Notes under the pieces: model-generated
What the model was told of the DNA's origin: nothing
Databases searched by the model: none
The model's input: only the letters and a program-made list of their open reading frames with translations
NCBI RefSeq assembly: GCF_009914755.1
Contig: NC_060934.1
Source of the DNA: the human T2T-CHM13v2.0 reference genome, Homo sapiens
Strand: one strand, 5' to 3'
DNA: 64,000 bases
Part shown: positions 13,790 to 29,499 of the stretch, piece after piece
Numbering within the stretch: the first letter of the stretch is position 1
How the letters are laid out: the number at the start of each line of letters is the position of its first letter
Program-made: the position numbers and the translations under genes

Positions 13790-13850
13790 CAGTCCTCTCA
13801 TCTTGTAGGTGAGGAAACCGAAGGCCTGAGGGAGAACTGACTTGCCAGAA
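13790..13850 (+). mobile_element. MIR core fragment
   Basis: 'cctctcatcttgtaggtgaggaaaccgaaggcctgagggagaactgacttgcc' resembles the MIR core (cccattttacagatgaggaaactgaggctcagagag...gacttgccc). Confidence 0.55.
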
Positions 13851-14320
13851 ACCCCTGTTAAGGAGAATTAACAAAGTTTGATTAATAAAGGAGCACTGAC
13901 TTGGGAGTGCGACCTGGAGGCCCACAATCTTGGTTAAGACATTATACCACCTTGAGTCTGGCCTGTTGAGTGAGGGTGAGCCACTCCATCCTCGTCTGAT
14001 TGTGGGGTCTTGACCTCAAGGGGTTTCCTGCAGGAAGAAGCAAATGGGTTTGCTTTCCTAGCTCTGTCCAGTACCTTAGGGACCCTGAGGACTGGAGAGA
14101 TTCTTGGAGAGACATCTGGTGTATGTCATGGGTGGGCCTTTCTTGAAGGTCAGTCTGCCCAGTGGGCTGGCTCAGCCCCAATGAACTGTCTTGAATCTTT
14201 GGAGTTGTCTGTGTACTTTTAAGGGCTTCTTATCCTTGCACCAAAAGATCCCCTGGAAATTAGGTGGGAAAACCTTAACTTTTGTGGGGCCTTGTGTTTG
14301 TCTTAAAAGTTCATGCACAT

Positions 14321-14585
14321 GGCCAGGTGTGGTGGCTCACACCTGTTATCCTGTCCTGGATCCTTTGAGTCAAGTTGTTTGAGACCAACCTGGACAATAT
14401 AGTGAGACCCCGTCTCTACAAAAAATAAAATATTAGCCAGGGGTGGTTGCGTGCATCTGTAATTCCAGCTACTACTGTGGCTGAGGCGGGAGGAGCACTT
14501 GAGCCTGCACTGAGCTGTGATCTCACCAGTGTACTCCAGCCTGGGCCACAGAGCAAGACCTTGACTCAAAAAAAAAAAAAAAACC
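14321..14585 (+). mobile_element. AluJ-like, internally deleted
   Basis: Alu start 'ggccaggtgtggtggctcacacctg', 'ggaggagcacttgagcc', poly(A) tail. Confidence 0.85.
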
Positions 14586-14704
14586 AACAAGAAAAATTCT
14601 TGAAGATTTTGCATTCTGTCCCACTATCCATTGGTTTTCATGTCAAGATAATGTCAGAAATTCTTTACAATTGCTTCCAGAAGGAGTAGACTTTTGATCT
14701 AGTG

Positions 14705-14896
14705 CACAGGTGTCCAGTCTTTTGGCTTCTCAGGGCCACATTGGAAGAAGAATGTTCCTGGGCCACACATAAAATAACTAATGCTAACAACAGCTGATGA
14801 GCTTAAAAAAAAAAAAGGTTTGTACATAATTTTCATGATACCCACCACCACAGATAGGCGGAAAAGTCCTTGTAGTCAAAGGGTTGGACACGGCTG
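14705..14896 (+). mobile_element. MER30-like hAT-Charlie MITE
   Basis: Ends 'cacaggtgtcca...ttggacacggctg'; internal 'gggccacattggaagaagaa...gggccacacataaaata'; perfect 8-bp TSD ATCTAGTG (14697-14704, 14897-14904). Confidence 0.85.
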
Positions 14897-15264
14897 ATCT
14901 AGTGTCTTGTAGTCCGTTTTGGCTTTCTCCCTGATTCCAGAATGCAGGTAGAGATGTAGAGACATGCTCTCAGGACAGCTGTTGAGATAAAAAAAAAATT
15001 GTTGTCATTTATTCCCAAGCACAGCTGTTTGTCATTTGCATTGAAAAAGTCTCCCTTCAAACTGCTGTCACATATAAAATCTATTTATATAAGTCTGTAT
15101 TTTTCTGTTGTCTTGGACTTTGTGGGCAGTAGTGGGCTTTAACCGAGCAAATTGTCCTTCCAAGTAATGAAGCCGAAGTCAGCCTACCTGCTTGCCATTT
15201 TTCTTCCCCTTCCATTTTTCTAACCTCAGGATAATTGTAAGAATGAAGTAAGATTTGTGTTTAA

Positions 15265-15415
15265 GGCCAGGCACAGTGTCTCAGGCCTCTAATCTCAGCA
15301 CTTTGGGAGGCAGAGATGGATGTCTCACTTGAGCTCAGGAGTTCAAGACCAGCCTTGGCAACATACTGAGACTCCGTCTTATATAATTTAATTAAAATTT
15401 AAAAAAAGAAGAGAG
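15265..15415 (+). mobile_element. FLAM/free left Alu monomer
   Basis: Single Alu left arm plus A-rich tail, with 'tgtgtttaa' on both sides. Confidence 0.75.
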
Positions 15416-16284
15416 AAACACCTGTGTTTAAAATTTAAAAAAGGGGGGGAAAGTGTAATGCAAAATGTGGACTATGCCAGCTATGATTGGGAAAAATAAT
15501 TTTTCCTACAGCATTATCTGTAGACTTGTATTAGCAGCATACTGGTCATAAGCGTTTTGCCTTCCTCAAATATGATGAGGTAAGCTACTTTAAAGTCTGG
15601 TGGGGCTTTCCTCCGTGTGGCTCCTGGAGGTGTTGAGTCCCAATTTAGACAACTAATTCGGGTTTAGTTTTGATATGGATAAGGGAGACCAGCTTCATTC
15701 ATGGTGCACACACAGTTTTGTCAATAAGGAGAAAAAAAAGCCAACTGAATGTTCCTGCTCATTAGATGCTATCTGTAGAGCTCCTACCCCACCTCCACCA
15801 AGGCCCGGGCCCTTAATAAGACTAAATGCAGCCTTTCTGTAACTCATACTGTATTCTGCAGGATGCTCCTGTGAAAGAAAGTTGTGCTGCATCAGCCATC
15901 TCCCTCCTGAAGATCCCTGCGGATAAGGATTTGTGTTTTAAAGGTTCTCAGAAGTCCTGCACCAACAGTTCTCAAACTTATTTGTCCAGGGGATGTTTTC
16001 TTCCTCTGAACGTAGTTGGGGAGACACGGCCTTAAGCCTTGAGCAGAGACAGAGACAAGAAACTGTTGTCTCACTTACAACCAAGTGTTGTGTTTATGTT
16101 TTAGCTTTTTATGAAACTGAGGTGCTGTTTGATGTTCCAAATCAAACTGGGTGGTTGAAGAGAGCCTGGTATCCCTGTAGACTTAGCCGGCAATGAGAGG
16201 TTGCTTTTTGTTGAAGGAGGTGTTTTACAAAGGGAAATAGGGTGTCTCCTGGGCATCATATTAGCACTTAAATACATGTATCAC

Positions 16285-17382
16285 TGAAATGAAATGAAAT
16301 GATGAAATGATGAAATGAAATGAAATGATGGAATGAAATGAAATGATGAGATGAAATGATGAGACGAAATGATGAAATGAAATAATGAAGTGAAAGGATG
16401 AAATGATGAGATGAAGTGATGAAATGAAAAGATGAAATGGAATGATGAAATGAAATGAGGAAATGACGAAATGCAATGGTGAAATGAAATGAGGAAATGA
16501 AATGAAATGAAATGAAATGATGAAGTGAAATGATGAAATGAAATTAAATGATGAAATGAAATGAAAAGATCAAATGATGAAATGAAGAAATGATATGAAA
16601 TGATGAAATGAAATGATGAAATGAAATTAAATGATTAAATGATGAAATAATGAAATGAAATGATGAAATGATGAATTGATGAAATGAAATGATCAAATGA
16701 AATGAAATGACGAGATAAAAAGATGAAATGAGATGAAATGATGTGATGAAATGAAATCAGGAGATGAAATGATGAAATGATGAGATGATGTGAAATGATG
16801 AAATGAAATAATGAAATGACAAAATGCAATGATGAGATGAAATGATGAAAGGAAATAATGCAATGAAAGGATGAAATGATGAGATGAAATGATTAAAGGA
16901 TGAAATGAAATGATGAAATGAAATGAGGAAATGAGGAAATGAAATGATGAAATGATGAAGTGAAATGATGAAATGAAATGAAAAGATGAAATGATGAAAT
17001 GATATGAAATGAAAAGAAATGATAAAATGAAGTCAAATGATGAAATGATGAAATGATGAAACTAAACAATGAAATGATGAAATAAATGAAATGAAATGAT
17101 GAATTGATGAAATGAAATGAGATGAAATGATGAAATGAAATGATGAAATGAAATGACGAGATGAAAAGGTGAAATGAAATGATGAGATGAAATGATGAAA
17201 TGATGAGATGAAGTGAAATGATGAAATGAAATGAAATGTTGAGATGAAATGATGAGATGAAATGATTAGATGAAATGATGAAATGATGAAATGAAAGGAT
17301 GAAATGAAAGGATGAAATGAAATGAAATGATGAAATGAGGAAAAGAAATGATGAAATGAAGTGAAATGATGAAATAGATGAA
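16285..17382. repeat. (GAAAT/GATGAAAT/GAGAT)n satellite-like simple array, ~1.1 kb
   Basis: Mixed 5- and 8-mer units, nearly C-free on the + strand, sharp ends. Confidence 0.95.
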
Positions 17383-17475
17383 CCAAACATACTTATTCAT
17401 TTTTTTCTTGGCATCCTTCTAAGAGTATTTTAGTGAGATTAATTTCTAAAAATAAATTGCTATTCAATGGCCATA

Positions 17476-17850
17476 CAGTTGGCCTTTGCACCACAGTGGT
17501 TTGAACTGTGCAGGTCCACTTAGCAAAACCAACAATTCTATATCCTTCTCCACACCCTGCCCATGAAAAGGATGAGGATGAAGATCTGTTTGATCATTTA
17601 CTTCCATTTAATAACTAGTAAATATATTTTCCTTATGATTTTCTTTTTCTTTTCTCTGGCATGTTTGTTAAGAATACAGTATATAAGACATATAACATAT
17701 TAAATATGTGTTAATTGACTGCTTGTGTTATTTGTAAGGCTTACAGTAGGCTATTAGTAGTTAAGTTTTGGGGAAGTCAAAGTTATAGTGGATTTTCTAC
17801 TGTACAGGGGGGCCAGCACCCCAGCCTCCGTGTTGCTTAAGGGTCAACTG
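17476..17850 (+). mobile_element. Tigger2a-like (TcMar) DNA transposon
   Basis: TIRs cagttggccttt.../...aagggtcaactg flanked by TA; internal 'agtaggctattagtagttaagttttgggg'. Confidence 0.85.
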
Positions 17851-19630
17851 TACATGTTATTTCCTTTCTTGTAAGAGAAAAATGATGAGAAGGTCTTTTC
17901 TCCAATAAGTGTATTCAAAATGTAGCAGACTTGAAATGTGTTGGCGCCACCATTTTGCGTCTCACTTTGAAAACTTATTATTAAAAATCGTGCTAAAGCC
18001 TACCTTACTTTTCCAACCTTAGAAAAAATGTTACAAAGAAAAGGGGTGAAACCATGCTAGTTTGCACTGAAATTTGAAATTATCTTTTAAAAATATATTT
18101 TTACTTTAATTACTTCCAAAATTGAGATCAGTTGCATACAAATGGCAGGTCATCCTAATCCATCCTATGACTGCACTTAGATTCATGAGGACTTGTGCCA
18201 TCTAGAAAGGGCAGAGAAGAGGAGCCACATGCTTTGATTCTGTTGTCACTGTGTACTTACTGCTAGGAAGAGGGCATGTTTGTGTATTTTTATGCTAATA
18301 TTTATCCAAGTTGTTAATGATTTAGGCTTTCAGAACCATATAAAGATTTTTTTCCTTTCAGATATAAACTATCTTGCATTGTTCTTCTGATCATATGAGT
18401 GATAAATTTGCCTAAATATTCTTCAGACCATAATAGTATGTCCATACAAATGCCAGTAGCAAGAGTAGAATCAACCACAACTGCCTTTGTAATTATTTAA
18501 AGCATGTGTGCCTATAAGTAATTGGCATTTTATATAATCAAGAATCTTTGATATAATAATATCTCAACTATTTGAAACATGGCTTACATATATTAATTTT
18601 ATATGCAAATATAGATATAATATCATTGTATATGAAACTAAATTTTGGACTTTAAAACAGCTTCTTAGAATCTTGACTTAAATGTCTAAAGTAATATTTG
18701 ACTTAAAAAATTTAGCACACCGTCACTATGATGAAAAAAATTACTATAAAATTATTGAAAAATTTTTTCCACACTAACATTTAGACTATTCTCACATTTG
18801 TGGTTAAAACCTATTGCGATTGTTCTTAGAATTTAGATAAAAAATGTTCCAGAAAGTTTGAAGAGCAGCACTTTAGTCCATTTTTATTTGTTCAAGCATG
18901 AAGAAAGGCATTGACCTTTTAAAAACTATTCAGATTCCCTCTTTGAATTCAAGTGTTTCAAAGATATCTTATTTTAAAATACCAAAATAGGAATAGAATA
19001 TGAAGGGCTGGTTATGAGTAACATGATACACATTTATGAGAGGATGAGATTACAATAACAATACCTCCTCTCATAGAATAGCCAGCAAGTCTCCACTAAA
19101 TAACAGTGCCTTGATTTTATAGATGTTTAATCATGGATATTGAGTTAATGTGAACCATTTGTAGACACAGGAGTTTATTAAAGAATTATATAATATCTTT
19201 CAAGTATTAAGAAGTGTGTTGAAATTAAGCCTGCATCCCCACGATTTTCAGAGGTGCTGATGCCTAATAAACTCAACCCCTTGCATGCCAAAATTGGCTT
19301 AAAGCCCACCCGTTACCCAAGCTACACTTCAAGCATCAAGGCTCAAAAATGTAATTTTAAATATGCAAGAGTTTGAGGAATTCACTACTCACATTTTCTT
19401 GAAAGTCTATCCAAGTGCATCAAGCACAATGTGAGTAAAGAAATTTTGACCAAAGGATTGATAGTAATGTTGAATATATTCAATAGTAGATCTAAGATTA
19501 AAAGGTGAGAGTGAGGGTGAGAAGAGTGTGTGAATGCTTCGTGTTCTGACAAAGAGAATGTAGCACCCAGGTCCTACCTGCTTGGTTGCATTGCCAGTGC
19601 CCACGGTAGGCTATTTTATCCAGGTTTTTA

Positions 19631-19663
<33 letters not shown>

Positions 19664-19986
19664 TGTTCAAGAGGGTTAGTCCAAGACCAATAACTCCATA
19701 ACTGGTAGATTTGGAAGATTTCAATAGTGCTTAACATTTTGTACATAGCTTTATAACAGTTTTCTTTTCCTTTTATTCTGAGAGATTCTTTTCAATATAC
19801 CCCATCATGGTTGAACTCAAAGTCATTGCTTATATAAAATCCACAACTGCTGACATTTTGTATCCTTTGCATTCCAGGTAATTCTTTTTGTACATTTTCT
19901 GTATTTTTCTCCATCAGTCTACCTAGATATTTCTTAGATTTAATATTTTAGTATTTTTCTGAAAAAGTGAGCTTTTGCATGTTTAA

Positions 19987-20325
<339 letters not shown>

Positions 20326-20599
20326 ATTTCCTTCATTCTTTATGTTTATTTTACTGGTTTTATATATCTCTCTCTCACTGTTTCTCTCCTTCTCACATTC
20401 ACTTTGAAGTTGTCAAATAGCCCAGGTGATATTACAGATTGACTCCTTATAAAAGGAGGCATTACGCGTTACACATGCATCTTAGTGGCCTTACAAAAGT
20501 GTTTGGTTCATTTGTATTGACAATTCACCTTTAAAATATTTAAATCGTCATTAAAATAGCTTCCAACCAATATTATTAGCCTTATGTTTCTAGCTTTCT

Positions 20600-23200
<2,601 letters not shown>

Positions 23201-26200
23201 TTTTGGTCCTAGCTTCAGGGAGGAGCTCCTGTGTGATGCCCTATCTTGGGAAAATCTATGTATTTCTTTACTGTCTTATGTGATGTATGACAGTAGGAAT
23301 CTGCACTCATTCATTTTGGTACATGTCCGTAGGGCAAAATCAGATTCGGTGTTTAGGTATATTTTGTCTGCTTCCTGCATTCCCATGGTTTTGACATTAT
23401 ATTTTACTTTTTTTTTGTGAACATACCAATGCTTCAATTTTTTTCCAGTAATATAATCAACTATATTATGAGAAAGAGAAAAATTTTGATAAAACACAAA
23501 TTTCATGTTTTCCTACTCTAATTGGCTTTTACTTAACAATACAGGTAAAATTTAGTTGTGCTGTTTTGCTATTTCTGTTTGGCTATTCTCTGTTTGTCTA
23601 TGTCTTCTCCACATAGGCACAATTAGGGAATTTCGTACACTCTTGTGCCAACTGCTTTGATAGTCACAAGATGTATTTCTCGAACTCCTAGGTATAAAAC
23701 TCAAGTATCCACAATTTAAATTCTTTTTCCCTCACTTCTATTATGTGTCCAGTCTCAAAAGAAATCGATGCCAATCCAGAAATACAAGCATTATTCTAAT
23801 ACTTCTCACACATTACAGATATAGATTAAATTCTCTAGATCTCCTTAAATACTATCATTTTCACTACTTGTATCTTAACTGTTATGTTCAACATTTTCTA
23901 TAATATTAATATGTTGTGAAAATTTCCTTACTTTCTTATTTGTCCCAGGTTCAATATTTTGCAGTCTCTACCACACCCTGTGAAGCATAAACATTGTACA
24001 TGCTGTAAAAATAATACATAGTTCATGTACTTAGAGATTGCACAATTTTTATTTGGTTGACAATAGTTAATGTTTTCTTCTTCATTTTCTACTTCCTGAT
24101 TTTTCTTTATTTAGTATATACTACATTATCATAAAAATAAGAACGTTTTACAAACTAAAGCAAAAGCAACCCTAGGAATAAAATGCACAATTAAGATATG
24201 TAAACATACAGTTAGATATACCACGTACCCTTCTAATTTATTTTCGACATTTAATTTTAGTACAATTTTAATTAAAGTCTGTGTATTATCTGTCATCGTC
24301 TTAGTATTTTTTATATAACAAATTTTGTAAATCAGAAAGTCTCAATGTCGTTATAAACTACCTTGGCAGAGGTTGATGTCCAAGGAATAATTTCTCTCCC
24401 AAATTATGTCAATCAGAATTTCACTCTACCATAATTCTTTTAATCAGTTTCAGAGGAATAATAAATTTCAAAATTGTTCAAGGTACTTGTTGTAGTTCAA
24501 GTACATTTTGACAGGTGTAAAACTGTAGACTGACTGATACAAACATATTCTAATTGACTCAAAACTATATAGGACCTGTTTTAAAATCTAGATTTTAAAA
24601 TGTCGTGTCAACACACACATGTTCTCCTTGTGAAATAATTGCTTTTTATTCTGTGGATAGAATAATTTAATCTTTAAACCTTTAATTCACTGTTAAAAAC
24701 AAAATATTACATAACGATATGCTGATAAAAGTAATTCACAACTAGCTTTTCAATTCAGAAATATATGTGAGAAATCATCAAGCATCTAATGGATTTCAAG
24801 GAGAGATGGGTTAGTAATTTATTCCATATGTCTCAATTTTTCCTAGACTCAAGGCTTCCTTTAAAATAATTGTAGGCATTTAAGAAACCATGTAAACTAA
24901 AAAGAAGAAATTGTGACACTGCCGCTTAGGTTTTTTAAATCTTTGGACATAAATCAATATGTTTTTATATTTTATCTTAATTAGACATGGTGAGTTCACC
25001 ATCTTCCTGTCAGTATAGCATCCAAGCTGATTATCATAGACTACAAGTTACACTATCAACTGTGTTCTGAGAGTCTAAAAAAATAAATGAATGTATTTGT
25101 TTGGGTATTTTTAAGCAGGAGTGAGGACACAGTGAAAGTGAGAAAAGGAAGAGAGAACAAACTAAAACAGGAAAGATAGAAAAGCCAATACCACACGTGC
25201 TAAGAGGTAAGTTTCTGTGTTAGATATCTGGGCTTAATTCTCTGGGAAGCTATGTGGAACATGCCTCAGAATTACATCACTGAATCCAGGGAGATTCTTC
25301 TTAGTTACCCTCACCTTTTCTTCCCACTTCATGCCCAGTATCAAGCTCCCGTACTGCTAGAGAAAGTCCTCAGCTAGAAACAGGTGCAAATTCTGGAGAT
25401 GAGACCTTGTAGAGTGTTAAGAATTGTTTTTTTCCCAGCAGCTACAGGTAAAGAATAGCGGCTGGGCTATTAATACATCTGCTACAAATCAATAAAACCC
25501 TTATGCTCCTTTTGGTGATCGACAATGTATTTAAAAATATTAGATGATCAAGAATGGCTGCAGAAAGGAGGAAACAGAAACAAACAGCACACCTCTTGGT
25601 TTATTTTTATTCATTTCATCAGTTTCAAGGAAAATGTGTTGGGAGTTCCTGGCATAGAGAATGTCACAAAGACATGTTTTCAATAGTGGTGCTATCCCAA
25701 GGGCACAGAAGGCCCAGAGAAAGCCCAAGTGCCTGCTAGAACAAAGTCAGACACCTTGCCACCTGTCTGCACTCCTTGGCTCTGCCATCATGCTGAAGAT
25801 CGGTTTAAAGGACTGGCTTCCCTCCCTCCAAAATTAAAAGAGCACAAACTGAGAAACTGAATGTAGGAGACAGCAGTGGATTATGCTGTTCTCAGGGGTC
25901 ACCTCAGGTTTGGAAGCATTCTTTCAAATTAACCCATCTCAGGCCATCTGCAGAGAAGAAAGTTGGTACCTAAATTTTTTTCTTGTCAGCATTTTGTAGG
26001 GATGTTTTATTGACCAAATATGCTCCCACAACCTAGTTTTTTGTAACTAACTAAATATAGTAGATTTTTAAATTTTATCATCAAAATCTATAGACAATTT
26101 TTGATTAAAATAGACTCCACATCTATGTCCTGCTTTTCTTCTTCTTATTAATTACATTGCTGTATCAAAGAAAAAGACTTCAGAATCAAGAATATCTTGT

Positions 26201-28257
26201 CTCTTTGCATTGAATTTATACAAGGTGCTCTTTCTTTAATGCTGTCTCAAAGGATATATTTTTACTCATTAAAAAGGAAGATCGGAATCTTGTACGTACT
26301 GCTCCAACATATTAATAATTAAAATTAGGAGGTAAATGTGGTCAAAGCTAGAGAAAGACTTGAGATGTCATTTATATTGATTACTGTGTAGCACTCTACA
26401 AACAGACATTTTTAAATATTAGTTTATATAAATATTTTGTAGCATTTCAAATATTTGAGTGCCTGAAGTTTCTACTATTATATAGTTCAGATAATCAATT
26501 TGAAGACTTACTCCACTAGTTAAAATGTTTTTAGTCTGGTTTGAGTATTACATAAAAGCAATTTTCAGTTAAATGGGTTCTGCTTACATAAAACATTACA
26601 AATTATTGAGTATTTAATTACAATTTCATGTTCCTGTAATGTCTTTAGAAGATTTTCGTATTATTACCTATCAATATATGTATGCTTTGTCAAAGAAAAA
26701 TCAAACATATATATCATTAAAATTGATACTTTTTAAAAGTACTTATTAATTCTATTCAAAAACCACATGCATAGGAACAATTACAATATAATATTGTGAA
26801 CATGTAAATATATATCCTATGTCAATTTTATATATAAGCATATATGATTAAAAATATAGTTAAGAATTTTTAAACAGTATTATAAAGTAAAAATCAGTTA
26901 AACTTCTGATGATTATTTGTTAATTAAGATAATATTATTTTGAATAGGGTGATTTTAAATAAACAAAAATATTAAATTACATGAAAAAATTCTTTATAAA
27001 ATGTTTATGATTTTTACATTGGTTTTATCACTTTATTCCACTATTTTATTTTAAGATAACCTGCCTTGTTTAAAACACTGTATTCATCTTAATTAAATTA
27101 AATTCCATTTGTAAAAAAATTAACAAATGATTTACTCTATTATACAGTGCGGTTATAAACTGAGTCAGTATCTCAAGATTTATCCCCATTATCGTCATCT
27201 GTGGCCCTATTTGTTTTATAAATGTATTGTCTTTTTCCATGCCTGTCACATCTCTATTGCTCGTTCATTTTTCTCTTTGTCCCTTACAGGGAGCATTGCC
27301 TATCTCTAGATTAAGCAAAAGTTGCATATTAACAAAGCACAATAACCTGCTCAATCTTTCTCACACAGAGAAATGTTTGTTAAGTAATTAACGTGTAGAT
27401 GATGATACAAAGAGCTTGATTAAATTAGATGTCAAAATACCCTTGTGATTCAGAATATGAATGGTATTTAATTTCTTTGAAATCAATAATTGCTGAGTGA
27501 CATTAATTAATGCCAATATTTCAGAAGTTGTTCTAGTTAGTGAAATGTATACAACATCCAAAAATTTCAGAACTCTGAAGGACAACATTATTCTATAGTT
27601 AAGAATTAAGAATCAATTCACATTAATTATTGGAGAGAAATAATTATTAAGAATTAATGACCGAGAAAATGTTTTCATTTTTTATTTAGAAAATTATTTT
27701 GTGCGTGAGCGTTAATGCAAGTTTTTCAAGAAACATACATTTAAAGAAACAATTATGTGCACAAGGTGAATTTAATAACATCTTGATATTTTCCACGATT
27801 AGAGTTTTATTTGGTAAATCTTTAAATGCACATCATCTAAAGATAATAAATGAATCTTGGAAATCTTGTAGGTAAGGATAAATATTAGGATGCATCCAAT
27901 TACATTTACACACACATACAATTACATTCCCACCCATACATGCACACACACTCACTGATACACATGTGTGTATATATATACACATGAACTTACTAATTGA
28001 TTTTAACTAATATTTATAAGAGCCAGTAGGATTGATATATATTGTTGAACCTGAAAAATATTTATTATATACATGTTTAATATACACACAGAAATATATA
28101 GTAATTGCACTAGGCTTTTGCAACTGTACTAAAATATAAGCTGTGAATATTTTGTGATCACTACAAATTCTTACACCGAATATTTTTATTTTTATAATAT
28201 TAATATGTTTGGTACATGTGTACATTTTTTACAATGTGTTATTTTATTTTTGTCATA

Positions 28258-28598
28258 GAGTCATGTAAGGCATAATAACATTTCTGTCAAAGATGGATTA
28301 CATATACAAAAGTGGTCCATGAGATTATAATACATATTTTTACATACTTTTCTGTGTTTAAGTATGTTTAGATACATAAACTCTTATCACTGTGTTCTTA
28401 TTGCCTGCAGTATTCAGTACAGTAATGTAGTACACAGGTTTGTAGCCTAGGAGAGAGAGGCTCTACCATATAACCTAGACGTGGTAGGCTGTACAATCTA
28501 AGTGTTTGTAATATTCTCTGTGATGTTTACAAAATGATGAAATTGCCTATGGATGCATCTGTTAGAACGTAACCCTATCATTCAGTGATGCGTGACTG
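28258..28598 (+). mobile_element. Tigger3a/MER7A-like DNA transposon
   Basis: 'agtcatg...cataa', 'cagtattcagtacagtaa...acaggtttgtagcctaggag', end 'gcgtgactg' followed by TA. Confidence 0.85.
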
Positions 28599-29129
28599 TA
28601 CTAAAATGCTCAATCCAAGTTTCAATGCCCTCCATAAAATTGTTGTACTGTGAAATGCAAATCTCTCACCTATGGCCTGAACATGTTTGCAAACTAAGCA
28701 GATCATGGGAAGGAGAATGTGCTGGCATCGCTGGGATGATTTTCTCACACTACATGAATAATATCTCCAGACTTTTCGAATATGACCCACTTGCATAAAG
28801 TAGGCATCTCTTTGCTGGGAAATTTATCAAATGGGAGTGTGAATAGTTTTTAAAAGACACTTGTTTGTTTGTAGCCTGTAGGCCTACAGTGTCTCATGGT
28901 AATGGTTGAGGTTGCTAAGATTTGGTGGAAGGAGGCAAAATGAAATGGCCCCTTATATGGTATATGGATCACTTGTTTCTGTTCAGTTACAGATTCAGCT
29001 GGTTATTTCTCCCAATGTTAGTTATTTGGAGAAAAAAACATGACGGTAATTTTGGGGTAACAAACACAATATTTGATGAAAGCAAATTTATTAAGGGTTA
29101 GACAAACTACAAGATAATTTAGGCTGCAA

Positions 29130-29490
29130 AGTCAACACGAGACTTCTGACCCAAATTGTGCAGAGTTTGGGTCCAGCTGCAAAGTTCAAAGGAAGAGGCC
29201 ATATAAGACGATTCTCACTTTTGACACCAACTGCAAGTTCAGGGGTTTCCCCAGAACACCCTCAGTTTCAAGAATTTACTAGAAAGACTCACAGAACTCA
29301 TTGAATGCCATTGTACTCATTTTTTATAATAGAGAAAGGGTAGGAATTAGGACCAATCAAAGGAAGAGACATATCACATAAGGTGGAATCTAGGGAGATT
29401 TTGAATGTTAACTTTCCATTGTCTTCAGGACATATTACCTGCCATTGTTGTACAGCAATAAACATGGAGTACTACCAACCTGGGGAGCTC
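29130..29490. mobile_element. LTR fragment (MER21/MER77-like)
   Basis: 'gacaccaactgcaagttcagggg...aatttactagaaagactcacagaactca' motif. Confidence 0.45.
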
Positions 29491-29499
29491 ACCTGATGC

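Noticed and set aside
16261-17390. F/H/I/S-rich ORFs; canonical HSat2/HSat3 call
   Set aside because: The ORFs are simple-repeat translations, and the unit is GAAAT-based rather than GGAAT/CATTC.
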